DNA from: Vicugna vicugna
Taxonomy: Eukaryota
Reading direction: 5' to 3'
Assembly (NCBI GenBank): GCA_013265495.1
Contig: MU063554.1
Coordinates: forward strand, 5,926,574 to 5,990,573
Length of the DNA stretch: 64,000 nucleotides
In this document: positions 12,647 through 25,150 of the stretch, one piece after another
Numbering within the stretch: position 1 is the stretch's first letter
Layout of the letters: every line of letters begins with the position of its first letter
Notes under the pieces: model-generated
Told to the model about the DNA's origin: nothing
Seen by the model: only the letters and a program-made list of their open reading frames with translations
The model's database searches: none
Position numbers and translations under genes: made by a program

Positions 12647-12794
12647 CCTGGACATGGTTCTGTTGAGCTGCCCAGTGATTCCTGACAAGTCAGCTTCGAA
12701 GTTGAATAAGTCAGTGAGACCAACATGGGAAAGTACCTCTTCTAGGTTGTATGTTCCCGAAATTGAAAACCTTGGCAAATGCAAATCCAACAGG
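12647..12794 (-). CDS. SERPINA11: SERPINA11 coding exon 3 ((S)[49 protein letters not shown])
   Basis: Not in the ORF track; translated by hand. 148 bp, acceptor ctctccccAG, donor AGG|GTAAGG, frame preserved. Confidence 0.95.
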
Positions 12795-14356
12795 CTGGGG
12801 AGAGAATCAGACAGAGAAGGGCTGCTGTCTCGTCATCTTGTCCTGTCTGTTGGCAGCCTGAGCTCTGGGAGGGAGACGTGTTTCCCAGAGGGAGGGGGGA
12901 CCTGTCTTCTCGTGGCTCTACCTGCGGTGCCAGAACATTCCACCACCCAGAGCCTCCTTCTCTTCCCACCTCAAGAGTGTCTGTGTCTGGATCTGAGAAG
13001 ACTTCCAGCACAGCTAGAGGTCTTTGAGTTTGTCACATTTCTGGAGGGCTTTCTGGGTGCCAGACATTGGACGAGGTTTACAAGGCTTAACCAATTGATG
13101 CCACAAAATAACCGTGTAAAGTGAATACTGTTAACATTTCCCCAACTCCACATCCATTTCACCAGCACGTCCTGTGGGCTCAGTTTCTGAACTAGATCCT
13201 GAATCCATCTATTGGCAAACCCCTTACATAAGCTACACCATTGCTCACCTGTCTGTTTCAGGGGCTTTTGAAGATCTGATGAAAGATCATGTACGTAAAG
13301 TGTGGGCGCAAATCAACAATAACTCTCTCTCCTGTTACCGGCATGCTTTTGCCACCAGAGCACCATATTCCTTGTGTTAGGTTCACAGGCTTCTTTTGAC
13401 CCAGAGAAAATCTGTCCCTTTCTCCCAGGTTTAATTCTTCTCCGGAAGTATTGTTTGACAGTTGCCAGGACACCTGCAAACTTGGTTAGTTAATAGCAGC
13501 TTGGGGACTTCTGCTTCTAATGAATGCAGATTAGAGACTCTAATTCAGGTTGGAGTACCAACCTGTTCAACTCTTGGGCAAAAATAAGGATCCAGGAGTC
13601 TAACTGAAGTGGGAGGCAGTTGCAAGTCAGGGGTTGAACTTGGAAAGGAGGAAATGGATCTGGAAACAGAAAACAAAGCCATCTCATCTCGGCCTACATG
13701 ATAAAATTTGCACAGGCAGCACTTGGAGGGCAGGCCCCCGCCATGGGGAGGGGTTTGAGTCTAGCAGAAGGGCGTCTGGTAGAGAGCCCAGCACACAGTA
13801 GGTGTCCCGCAAGTGTAAACGAAGAAATGAACAGTTACTAGGAAGTGTGGGTCCCCTGGGCAAGCTAACCTTCTTCACAGATGAATGGAGGGAAACCTCG
13901 AAGCCTGAATTTTCCAGGTCTGAAAGCCCATTAGAATACTGCCATGATATGTAACCTCTGGCGCGAGAAATAGTATCAGGGAGCATCTGAGATTTGGAAA
14001 AATGACTTGGGTTGGTTTTGATTTTTGAAGGTCAAAGTGGGAAGTCAAAACATGCCCTTCCTAAGGGAAAACCTACTGGTCTAGAAGATTCTTCCTCCTG
14101 TGAAGGGTCAGGGGCGGTTTCACCCCAAGGGAGCTTGAGAATACGGGGCTGGAACCAGAAACTGACCAGAGCTATGCAGATTCGGAGACGTCAGGATTAT
14201 ACTTTAAATCCTGGAGTCTGTTCTTGTCCTGTATCTCTTTCATTTGGTACTTGAATCTCTAGCCAAACACAAACCACCCTTTCCCTGTTTTTGGTACTTT
14301 AATGTCATTGGGGTGCTGAGAGAAGGCTCCTGTGGGCATGGAGGTAACTGATGCCA

Positions 14357-14851
14357 GGTGGTGATGGTGGATGAAAGCTGGCCATCAAGAGGTTTGATCT
14401 GTAACACCTCCCCTCCAATCTGGGTGGGCTCTGTGAGTGCTCTGACCAATAGAATCTGGCAGAAGTGACACTGTGCTGATTTCTGAGCCCTTCACTTCCT
14501 GTCTTTTGGAATCCTCCTTCCTGGAGGACTGATCTGTCATGTAACAATATCAACTGTACTGAGCTGCTGGGCAGAATCCCAAGCTAGTCCCGTGGAGATG
14601 CTTCACAGAGAGAGAGAGAGAGATGCCTGCTCAGCCCTTAGCTCAGCCTGCCAGGCTCCAGACATCTGAGTGGAGGAGCCATCAGTGCTCCAGCCCCAGC
14701 CACCATCTAACTCTAATATTTGAGAACCCCAAAGGAGAACCGCCCAGCTGAGCTCCGTCCAACCACAGAACTGATATAGCTAATATATGGGTTTTTTTCC
14801 AAGCCATTCCATTTTGAAGTGGTCTGTTATCCAGCAAGAGGTAATTAGAAC
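14357..14851. mobile_element. MLT1-family (MaLR) LTR
   Basis: tgaccaatagaatctggcagaagtgacactgtg...gaaccgcccagctgagc...ttttgaagtggtctgttatccagcaagaggtaa. Confidence 0.75.
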
Positions 14852-15564
14852 TCAAGGCCAGATTTCTCCTCGGAGGGCCCCATAACGGAAGGTAGATTCC
14901 AAGGATGGGTTAGCTGGAGTATGGGGTCTAGGGAAACCAGAAAAGGCTAAAGCCACTGTGAGAAAACCATAAACCAAAAAGCAAGCGAGACAGAAAAGGA
15001 TAGGTAAATAGCCCCCCAAACTGGCAATTCACACATTGATCTTTTACAATACTCCTCTTGGTATTTAATTTCTTGAAGAAATATTTTCATGAAAAAAGAG
15101 GCCCTCTTAAGAAATGTCCACTGTTCTGTGGGAGTCAGAATTATTCTTAATAATTCTCCTTGATCTACTTTGTTGCCTACCCTTAACTACACTTAATTCT
15201 GGTTGTAAGTTATTATTTGGAGAAAAAGGGAGGAGAAGGGAGTTTGGGTAGAAAGAAGCCCGGGAGGGGATAAGAATGATCATCGGCCATGAGCTCATCT
15301 CAAGGACCAGGTACCACTCTCATACTCTACACGCTTTAACTTGATTAGTTCTTTGAGCGACCTGATGTGGCGGTTATTACGGCCCCATCTCACACTGAGG
15401 AATTCCGAGGCCCAAAGGGTAAGGATGGCCCAAGGTCACACTGCTGGCTGCACAGCAGGGAAGCGAACCAAGCCAGGGTTTGGGGTTTTTGCAACTGGAG
15501 CTGATTAAGGCCGGCTAGGGTTTTCAAACAAAGCCTGCAGGAGTCTTCCCAATCCGGCGCTTAC

Positions 15565-15838
15565 CTGGGCAGGAGCAATTGGTCCCATTTCCGCAGGGTC
15601 TCTGGCTGCAGAGCTGCCTCCACCTGGGCCATTTTCCCCGGGTCAGGGAGGATCAGCAGGACCATGGCGTTTCCACTGTACTCTATCTGGAGGACGGTGC
15701 AAGCCACCTCCTGGTCATAGAGGAACCTGTGCATTTCCTTTTGGTGCATCATGGGGATGCGGAGAGAGGTCCTGTCATCCACAAAGAAGCTCTCTTGCTT
15801 CTGGGTCTGGTAGCGATTGAAAGGATGCTTCCACTTGG
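15565..15838 (-). CDS. SERPINA11: SERPINA11 coding exon 2 ([18 protein letters not shown]...KWDQLLLP)
   Basis: 274 bp with acceptor AG and donor AG|GTAAGC. In frame with the previous exon. Confidence 0.96.
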
Positions 15839-16019
15839 CTTAGGGCACAAAACCCACAAAACCATTAGAACACGCTCTAAGAGAGCCAAGTCTGGGCAGT
15901 CTTACACTGTCCCGCTGGTTGGAAGTGCAGAATCTCAGAATCCTCTCTCTTCCTACTTACAATCTCCACCCACAACCCCCTCCTGACTTGCCCTCCTGAA
16001 AGTACTGGTCTTGGTGACA

Positions 16020-16775
16020 CGGGGGAGGGGACCGGCTCATCCTGTCCCTCAGGCCCACACCTAATCAGTGGCCAAGCATTGCTAATTCTGCCTCCAAAGC
16101 CACAGCTTTATTCAGGTCACTACCTGTCTCTGTTCTTCCACCCTTATTCTCCTCCAAAACATTTTCCAAACTGTAACCAGATTGATCTTTCTAAAACAGG
16201 TGTGATCACATCACTCTACAGTTTCAAACGTTTTGGTGATTCTGGGATCCTATAGATAAAGCTGAGGGTTCTCAACATGGCCACTGATTATCTTTTCATT
16301 GCAACTCTCATCACACCCATCCAGGTATTCCCCTATTGTGTTTTATGCTCCATCCAACAAAATTTGTTGCGGTTTCTTGAAAATGCGTGGTAGCTCTTTT
16401 TCCTGGCCCTTTGCACGTACTGTGTTTTCAACCTGAACCCTCTTCTCTCCACCTGTCCCACAGTCTCTTCGCCTGAGTAAATTCAACTCACCCTGTGTGT
16501 CTCAGCTTAGAAGCCTCTCTTCCAGGAAGGCTCCCCTCACTTCCTGAGTCTGGAAAGTTGTATCATTCAAGAGCTCCATGGCACCCGTACTTACTCAAAC
16601 ACAGCATCACTTTCCCATTGAGTTGCAATTGTGTTTTTACTTATCGACAACTCACATGGGACTGTGAGCGACACAGAGTGGGAAAACCCTACCTTATTCA
16701 TAGATTTCCCTCAGAGGTTAGCAAGTCCCTGTGATGTAGTCAGTACTTAACGTTTGCTTTTGAATGAATAACATT
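16020..16775 (+). mobile_element. L2 fragment
   Basis: Pyrimidine-rich L2 3' region ending ttttgaatgaata. Confidence 0.6.
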
Positions 16776-17639
16776 CCTAGAGTCCTCAAACATGAGACCA
16801 AAGTTTAACTTTGAATCACTAATTTTAAAGAAATTTAAAACATGCTTGACCCTGTGTCAGACTCTGGAGAATCAAAGATTAGACTTCTGGTAAGTATCAC
16901 AGACTGATTAAAAAAAGCTTTTTTTTTTCTGCTTAAACAGTTTAGAAACCTGGGTAAAATAATGGATCCATGAACAAAAACAAATAAGTAACTGATTTCA
17001 AAAACAAGAAGCCAACTTCCAGATACAAACCAGGAGTGCACATCTCTGGCTTGGGGCTGAGGTCATCTGGCTCGGAGATTATCAGAATCAGATGCAGCCC
17101 ATACGGGTGGTATTTAATGTCTTCTCAGAGGAAATAAATGCAGTTCATGCCCGCACTTGGAACTGATCTCTCTGCAAATAGTTAGAAGCTGTAAGAGGCA
17201 ATTCCTGTCCCATTTGGGAAGCCTGGATTGAAAACTGCCCAGCAACCTGGCCATGAGATAGGACAGGTCACCACATTTCCAGGCAGGAGGAAAGAACCAC
17301 ATGTTCTTCATGCTCATTACTCATTCAGTGCAGGAATTCTCAAATCTAGAAGAGCTCTATGTTCTCATTACTCACTGGAACTCGCTAACCTAGAAATTCA
17401 TATAGAATCAGTAAAACCAATAGGACAAGACCAGAGGCAGATGTGAACTTGTCTTTTAGAGACACTTCCACAACAGTCCATAAGAAGGTTGTACAAAAGG
17501 ATAATTTCTACTGAAGATGAGCTCAAAGCTGAAAATTTCAGTCTTCTTTTGAGAGAGAATCAGTAGGGGCAACAAACCTAAGAATTCACAGTTCAGGATC
17601 CTGAGATAATAGAAATAATCTAAGAGAGAGATATTTTTA

Positions 17640-19195
17640 AGTGTGTAAAAAATGGAAGAAATAAAATTCATAGAAACAGGTCATTATGGCAAAATAATTG
17701 GTAGCCTTGAGAGAAATAAGAATTCAAATGAAAATATAGTCAGTAACCCAAAAACTCAGCAGATGGTTAAACCATAGATTAGCCATGGCTGAAGTGAGAA
17801 TTAATAAAATGGAAGCTAGAGCCAAAGAATTCACCCAGCTGGCAGCACAAAGAGATAAAGAGATGTTTTCCTCTCTCTTTTTTTTTTTTGATGTTTTCCT
17901 CTCTTAATCAGGAAATACAAAGGTGAGCCTGGTGTGTCTTGCACCAGAAAGTAAGGAAGTGTTCCCCCCAAGTCAGCAAAGATGGAGGTACAGCAAAAGA
18001 CACAGAAACCAATTAAAAGAGCTCTAACAATGGTCAGTATTAGAGAATTTTGAGCAACATAATTAGGTAGTATTGGATTATAATCCAAAATATAAGATAA
18101 ATATCCATGAGTCCATAATTATGTAAATAAGTGATTGAATAAATAAATGTGAGAGAAGAGAAAACCTCCCATGCAGAAGAATTCCAAATAATTTATATAG
18201 CTCTTCCTCTCTCAAGGAGACAGAGCGTTAACTCCCCACTACGTAAGTGTGGGGTGTACACAGTGACTCTCTCCAAAGAACACAGTATAAAAAGGGAGGA
18301 AAAGGAAGTCTGCCAAGTATCATCTTAGCCATGTGATCAAAGTCAACATCAGCAGTGATGTCAGGTTGATAGTATGTCTCCTTGATATGATGGGACAAGA
18401 ATGGCACTTCACCTCTGTGGCCTTCTTCCCATGTCCCGTAACCCCAGTCTTAATCGTGGGGAAAACACCAGGCAAATCCCAATCTTAGGACATTCAGGCA
18501 AAATATCTAGCCAGCACTTCTCAAAATTGTCAAGGTCATTAAAAGCAAGGAAAACTTGAGAAACTGCCACAGCCAAGAGGAGCCTAAATTGACATGATGA
18601 CTAAATGTAAATGTGGATCCGCATGGGATCCGGGAAGAGAAAAGAACATCAGGTAAAAACTAAGGGAACCTAAATAAAGTATGAACTGAAGTTAAGCAAA
18701 ATTTAGAAGCTCACGTTCTTCCCAGCAGAAATCTCCACATAGGCCACTAACGCAGGAAATAACTAAAGTAAAAAAGGGAAATGGACCTCCAGACGTGAAA
18801 ATTTCAGTGCAACAGTCGAAACAAGCTATCGATGTAAATTAAGATGTGATAATGACACTAAAACATAAGTACAAAATACACCAGTTGTGTTAAGTGTTAA
18901 GAGACATGGAGTGTATTATAGATGATTATGGACACGCACTTGATGTGCTAATGGTGTGAACCCATGGACATGAAGGACACACAGCAACCCGAGGGTAGTG
19001 GTTGCCTTTGGGGAGGCATGGAACAGGGAAATGGGACCAGGCAAGGACTGAAAAGGAACTGAACTGAATCTGCAATACTATATTTAAAAAAAAATCTGAA
19101 GTGAATGGTAAAATGCTACCATTTGTTCATTCTTGGAGAGGGAGTATATGGTGGTTTTTGTATTATTCTTTGCATTTCTGTAGCTTGAAATAGAT
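17640..19195 (+). mobile_element. Patchwork of old L1 fragments (ORF1 piece, L1MC-like 3' UTR, L1ME-like end)
   Basis: gaagaattccaaataatttat...gtgatcaaagtcaacatcagcagtgat...aaattgtcaaggtcattaaaagcaaggaaa...gactaaatgtaa is typical of an L1MC 3' UTR. Confidence 0.7.
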
Positions 19196-19476
19196 AATAA
19201 TTTAAAAATAAAATATTTTTATAAAAATGAATTATTAATAGAAAAGTGGGATTGAATATAAGTTTTGTTAAAAAAAGATGCAAATAGAACAGAAAAAAAC
19301 ATGGCAAAGAGAAATCAAATATTGATAAATTAAGAAGTTGTCATATAAAGACACTATTTCAATATTTGGAGGTAACTTCTGGAAGAAACAGTTGTAAGAC
19401 TTCAAGATAAGTGCTTTTTAGGGACAGGGCTGGAGATAGAGGAGGAGGCATTACACCTGCCCAGGCCAGCGCTCAC

Positions 19477-20119
19477 CTTTGAAGAAGATGTAGTTCAAGA
19501 GAACCATGAGCGTGTCTTGCGTGAACTCCTCCAGGCAGTCCACCACCTGCCCGTATGTTTGCTTTCTCACGTAGTCATTAATCTGCCTCCTAGTTGTATT
19601 GGAATCCGTGAAATTGGCAGAAAAAGCAAAAGCCCCGTACAGCTCCCTGATGATGTCCAAAAAGCGCTGCTGGGGCTTCAGCTGCTTGTCCATGAACAGG
19701 GAGCTGCTGACTTTCAGTTCCAGTTTGGGGCTGGGCAGGTCGAGGGTGTGGATGAGGCTCTGGAAGCCATGGTGGATGTCGGCTTCTGGGGTCTCCGTGA
19801 GGTTGAAGCCGAGGCCCTCCAGGATCTGAGTTGGGGTGTCAGCTTGTGCCCCCAGAGAGAGCAGGGCCAGGGTGGTGGAGATGCTCACAGGAGAGAAGAA
19901 GATGTTTCCTGGGGTTTCTGCTGCCAGCTGCTTATACAAACGCAGAGCGAAGTCGGTAATGGTAGGTGTGACTTTGTGGTAGGCGGGGAGAGGCTCTGAC
20001 AGCTGACCCCGGGGGGCTTCAGGCACCCCCAGGTTCTTATCTCCATGGGCAGGAAAGGGCTGACCGTGGACCGAGGCCAGAATCTCCGCTCCCAGCAGCC
20101 ACAGCCACGCTGGTCCCAT
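19477..20119 (-). CDS. SERPINA11: SERPINA11 coding exon 1 (gene exon 2): signal peptide to ...NYIFFK
   Basis: [24 protein letters not shown]...[10 protein letters not shown]...LLNYIFFK closely matches SERPINA11 as recalled. Acceptor ttttcAG lies just upstream of the ATG and the donor is G|GTGAGC. 643 bp, phase 1. Confidence 0.96.
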
Positions 20120-20895
20120 CCTCTGAAAACAAGATGTTAAACATGTCACTGTTTTTCATAAATAACTTCAAGGCTCTTCTTTGTTTATACAATAAACCTC
20201 CCATCCAAACTATCCCACAGACGCATCAGGCGGGGCACTGCAGAGGGTGAGGTGGGCGTGAGTAAGCAGGACTCCAGACACTTCCCCCGGGCTTCTCAGC
20301 GATGCGGCCCTTTATAGCTTTATATACTGATCTGTCTGGAAGATTTCATTGAGAAAAGGACTCTGGGCTTAAAAAAAATTCCGTGGTCTTTTCTCCCTGC
20401 CTCCCCCACTGCATCCATCCTTCCTTCCTTCCTTTTTCTTTTTCTTTCTTCTTTCCAGTCATTCTTTCGATCATTCATTAACTTTCAAAAACAGGGTTGA
20501 CCCTCAATCTATAGAGCAGATGTTCAGGACACTGTGACACAAGTGATGCCGGGCCTCACTGGCACCTGGGTGTGGCCATTAACTAGAATCTGCCAACGGG
20601 AGGGGAGAGGATGACGCGTGTATCTCCTGGGCCAGATCCTCCCAAAAAGGGGAGCGCCCTCTCCTCTTTGGGTCTTCTTTAGCTGGAGTGTGGATGTGAC
20701 CATCAGCCATGGGGACACCGTGGGTGGGGGCAGCTCAGAGGAATGAGGGGTGGCAAAGCCACAGGATGAATGGAGCCTGGGCGGAGAGATGAGAGAGGTC
20801 AACTCTGTCTCCATCAAACCTGTTATCTCAAGGACCTCTCATCACACGCAGGGGCGGAAGCCTGTATCTTAGCTGACGGTTCAGGGAAGATAGCC

Positions 20896-21343
20896 TTTAT
20901 GGGTTGAATTGTATCATTCCCTTCCCCCAGTTCCTACACTGAAGTCCTAATCCCCAGTATCTCAGAATGTGATCTTGTTTGGGAATAGGGTCACTAAGTC
21001 CATTAATTAATAAGAGGCTAATCTGGGCCCTAATCTAATATGACTGGTATCCTTCTAAAAACGGGAAACTGGACACAGACACACAGGGAGAAGACGTGAA
21101 GGTGAAGGGAGAGAGCAACCAGGGTGATGCTTCTACAAGCCAGGAAGCCCCAAAGATGGCCAGCAGACCCCCAGGAACAGAGAGGCTTAGAACAGATTCT
21201 CTCTCCGAGCCTCAGAAGGAGCCAGCCCTGCCAACACCTTGATTTCAGATTTCTGGTGCCCACATCTGTGAGATGACACGTTTCTGCCATTTAAGCCACC
21301 AGTCTGCGGTCCTGTATAATGGCAGCCCTGGGGACCCAATACA
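20896..21343. mobile_element. MLT1B/C-like LTR
   Basis: tatgggttgaattgt...ctcagaatgtgatcttgtttgggaatagggtc...ccagccctgccaacaccttgatttcagatttctgg...ggcagccct...aataca. Confidence 0.85.
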
Positions 21344-23029
21344 GTATCTCCTGCGCTTTAGGTTGTGTGACCCAGGGGGTCCCAGTGCTTCAGGGCGGGG
21401 AGTGCAGGCCCACGTCTTCACAGAGCACACACTTGGGCCCCCCACTCTACGTTGCTGTTCCCTTGCCCCCTTCAGAACTGACCCTTCCATTGTCCCAGCC
21501 CACAGCCGCTGCCCACAGCTGACCACTGTGTCCTTGCTGTTTGTCCTGGTAACTTCTGTGTCTTAATCAGCACCTTGACCTTTTGCCCAAACTAATGGTC
21601 GGTTACAAATGCCATGGTCGTGTGGGAGAGCTCTTATTTTTGCAGATGGTTTATGGCGCCCTAAATCCCCCACCAAACCCCAAAGGCCAGTTGTTGGCAG
21701 GCTGAATGTAGCCGCCTTACCGGTTATGCTGAAACACAGTTTGCAGGTCAAAGTACAGCGGGCAGTTTCCCAAGGCCACGTCCTGCCCCCTCTGCCGCGG
21801 CCCGCTTACCAACAGATTCCGTTGAAGCTGGGAAGCAGAGCAATTGAAATAGTGGCCTGCCCCTGGGAGAAATAAGAACTACAGCTGTAATAAAACTTCT
21901 TCCGGTTTATTTTTTTTTAATCCCAATGATCTCGCCACTATTTTCTACTTCCTGCACCCCCAGGATGCCCTGACTTTCCCAGAGGACTGAATTGTAAGTC
22001 CGGGGGCCTGGGTTTGAATCAAGGCTGTGCAGTTAAGTCACTGGGTGATACTGGGCAAAGGAAGCTCTCTGAACCACAGTGAGTTATTTGCAAAATGTGA
22101 ATGATAACAATGCCTACCTCCCAGGGGTGGGGTTGCTTAAGGATTATAAGAAATAACTTTGATAAGAAATACATATATACAAAAATTTTTTAAAAGTCTA
22201 AATTTGGTCCTCTCAAAAAAAATAAAAAAGAAATAATATAATATATAAAGCACCTGGCCCATAGGAAACATGCAATGTTAATTTTCACCCCTTTCTACCG
22301 AGGCTGGATGGAATCACACCCTAATTTATTTCTTTATACCCTTTCCAGAAAGATCCCAGAGGAAAATTAAGAACTCCATTAATTAATTATAATATCCCTA
22401 TTTATTGTTTATTTTGTGGTGGGGATGTTAGATACAGTGTATCACCAGTTCCAAGCCAGACTTGTGCTCAGATGCAGGGGGAGGGATGGTTATAAAGGGG
22501 GTGTGGTGGTATCTAGGATCATCTCAAAATCTGGAAGAGGGTGCTACTGGAGTTTAGTGGGAGAGAGAAAGTACTTGAAACACCAGATGTGTCACAGGCA
22601 ATGAGGAGTGGTCCATCATGTAGGATGGACCAGCAGCACCCTCATGGAGAGATACTCACTTCACATCACTTAGTTCAATCCTTCTGGGACCCTTAAGATA
22701 TTGGTAATATTATTCCTGCTGCACCTATGGGGAAACTGAGACAAACACCTGCAAAGTGGCAGGAGCATGATTCAGATTCCAGACCAGGGCTCTGAAGCAT
22801 CACTCTTCATATAACAGAGTTTCTAGTAAATTTGCTGCAGTAACGTTGTCATTTTGATTTGGATTGGATTGTTCTGTTTTGTTCTCTAACTGCCAAGAAT
22901 ACTGAGAGTTCCTTTCTCAAAAATTTTCTCAAGTCATCCATAAAAGATAATTTAAAACCCAGAAGTTCTTACTTTAAGACTTAGAAGCAGTGTATCATCG
23001 CATGTTTCTTTTAAGGGACTCAGTTCTCT

Positions 23030-23198
23030 NNNNNNNNNNNNNNNNNNNNNNNNNNNNNNNNNNNNNNNNNNNNNNNNNNNNNNNNNNNNNNNNNNNNNNN
23101 NNNNNNNNNNNNNNNNNNNNNNNNNNNNNNNNNNNNNNNNNNNNNNNNNNNNNNNNNNNNNNNNNNNNNNNNNNNNNNNNNNNNNNNNNNNNNNNNNN
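23030..23198. other. Assembly gap (169 N)
   Basis: Run of n. Confidence 1.
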
Positions 23199-23255
23199 CA
23201 AGCACGAGCGCACTGCCACTCCTGCCTTCGTTTCAGACACAAGCATGGTACTCAC

Positions 23256-23375
23256 GGAGAGGTCCCTGGGCTGGGGGCCTTGGGTCTTCAGCCCTGCATC
23301 GCCTCCTACTCACGGGAAAATAGTGTTTGAAGATCATGGCAGCCTAGTCAATATTTGCCAGGTCAATTCCTGGAA
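23256..23375 (-). promoter_or_regulatory. Candidate SERPINA11 promoter and non-coding first exon
   Basis: STAT site TTCCTGGAA (23367-75), AGGTCA half-site (23360-65) and overlapping FOXA-type GTCAATATTTGC (23347-58). These are followed on the minus strand by GTGAGT donors at 23313 and 23255. Confidence 0.55.
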
Positions 23376-24789
23376 CGGGTTTGAAGACCACGTGCAGCAA
23401 ACAGAAGCGACCTTTTCTTCCAAGTATCTGTCCTGCCTGCCTGCCCTACAGACAAAGTGGGTTGTGATTCTGGACCCAGCTTGATCTGAGGATATCCTCA
23501 TGTTGGTGATGGCAGCAGGGTGTCGGGATGCAGTGGCTGCTGATCTGTCATTGGTGTTCTGTGTGTTCCAGGTGGTGATCTGTATGAATCACCAGCACAA
23601 GAAGAATGCGGGATGTTGACTGAATCTGTTGTGTGTAAAATCAAACCACTGTGTGATACACCTTGAACTCATACAGTGACGGATGTCAGTTATTTCTCAG
23701 TAAAACTGGAGAGAAAAGAATGTGAAAGGCATGGTCCTCTCTGCTTTACGGATGGGAAACTGGGGCTCAGTGAGGTCAATAACTCGCTCAATAAGTGGGT
23801 GGTGGGGCCGTATTCAGAAGACAGATCTGCCTCCCCAGCTGAAGCCTTCACTGCAACACTAAACCATTCCAGTATTTACTGAAACTTGGAATAAATAAGA
23901 TCCACGTACAGAAAAAAAAAAACTGGCAGGAAATTTAGAAAACAGAGCAAAATCTTCTCTCCTGCTGCATCACAACCCCATAAAGTGAGTTCATCGACTC
24001 TTGTTCACTCTTCTGTTACCCAAGATCTAGAACCAAACTGGATCTTGGATCTGGAACTAAGTGAGTATGTTTCTCATGACTGATGGAACTGGGTAACTTT
24101 CCTGTTCTTTGTAGATTTTTGTCTTCTGTTAATTTCTCACAAAGAGCATGCATTTTATTTATAATAAAAAACCAATAAAACATTGTTAAAAATAGAAGTA
24201 TTTAATTGCACATAAAGCAAAATAAAAGCTTGTCTGCGTTGGCGCCGTGGTTCCAATCAAGAGGAACTTTTAAAACGTAAAGGCTTCCAGGATCCTGAAT
24301 CTGATTCTCCAGTGGGGTGGGGCTGGAGGTGCCTCTGGCCTGTCTGGTGTGTGAAAGTCCCAAGGGGAGAGCTGTAGGTGCTCACAGGAGGGTCCAATCA
24401 GTGTGTGCTGGAAGTGTGAAGGCCAAGGACATTTGGACTAGGCACTGAAGGAGTTGGCTCCACCCACCAATGCTTGAAATCCTACCCTTGGGTCTAGAAC
24501 AGTGCTGAGAACTTCCTGGCTATTTTATAAAGACACATTTGCAGTATGAATAAACGAGAATTGAAGTCTATGGCCAGAGTTCCTTTCTCATCTAAGGAAT
24601 CCAGTTCACTTTTGGCTTGCACATAAATTACCTGGCTCTTTACAGTCATTTGTCACATGCTAGCGGAGAAGAAACGACTCTGGGGGTCTCACATTTTGAG
24701 ATCTACTGCAGACTCTGTCACAATAGAGCCCATTTCACAGAGCTGTGGTGGGAACCCAATGTGGTTGTACATGGGCAGTGTCTGTGCAC

Positions 24790-25150
24790 TGCCTGGCCCA
24801 GAGCAAGGAGGGAGAAAGAAAGAGAAGGAGAGAGAGAAAGATGTTTTAAGGAATTGGTTCACATGATTACGGAGGATCACAAATCCAAAATCTGCGTGGT
24901 AGGCCCTCAGGCTGGAGACCCAGGGGGAGTGGGTGTTGCAGTCAAGTCCGGAGGCTGCCCCAGGTAGAATTTCCTCTTGCTCAGGTGATGTCAGTCCTTG
25001 TTTTATTTAGGCCTTCAACTGATTGGATGAGGCCCACCCACATGATGAAGTACCATCCGACTTACCTGAAGTCCACCAATTTAAATGTTAATCTCCTCTC
25101 CAAACACCTTTCACCAAAACATCGAGAAGAATGTTTGACCACTGTAGCCT
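24790..25150. mobile_element. MLT2-family LTR
   Basis: aaggaattggttcacatgattacggagg...ggccttcaactgattggatgaggcccacccacat...tttaaatgttaatctc. Confidence 0.75.

Noticed and set aside
19517-19999. Plus-strand ORFs over serpin exons (also 15579-15986, 35243-35617, 42518-43151, 48674-49186)
   Set aside because: Antisense shadows of real coding exons with no independent protein features.
22952-23484. ORFs spanning the N run
   Set aside because: Artefacts of the assembly gap.
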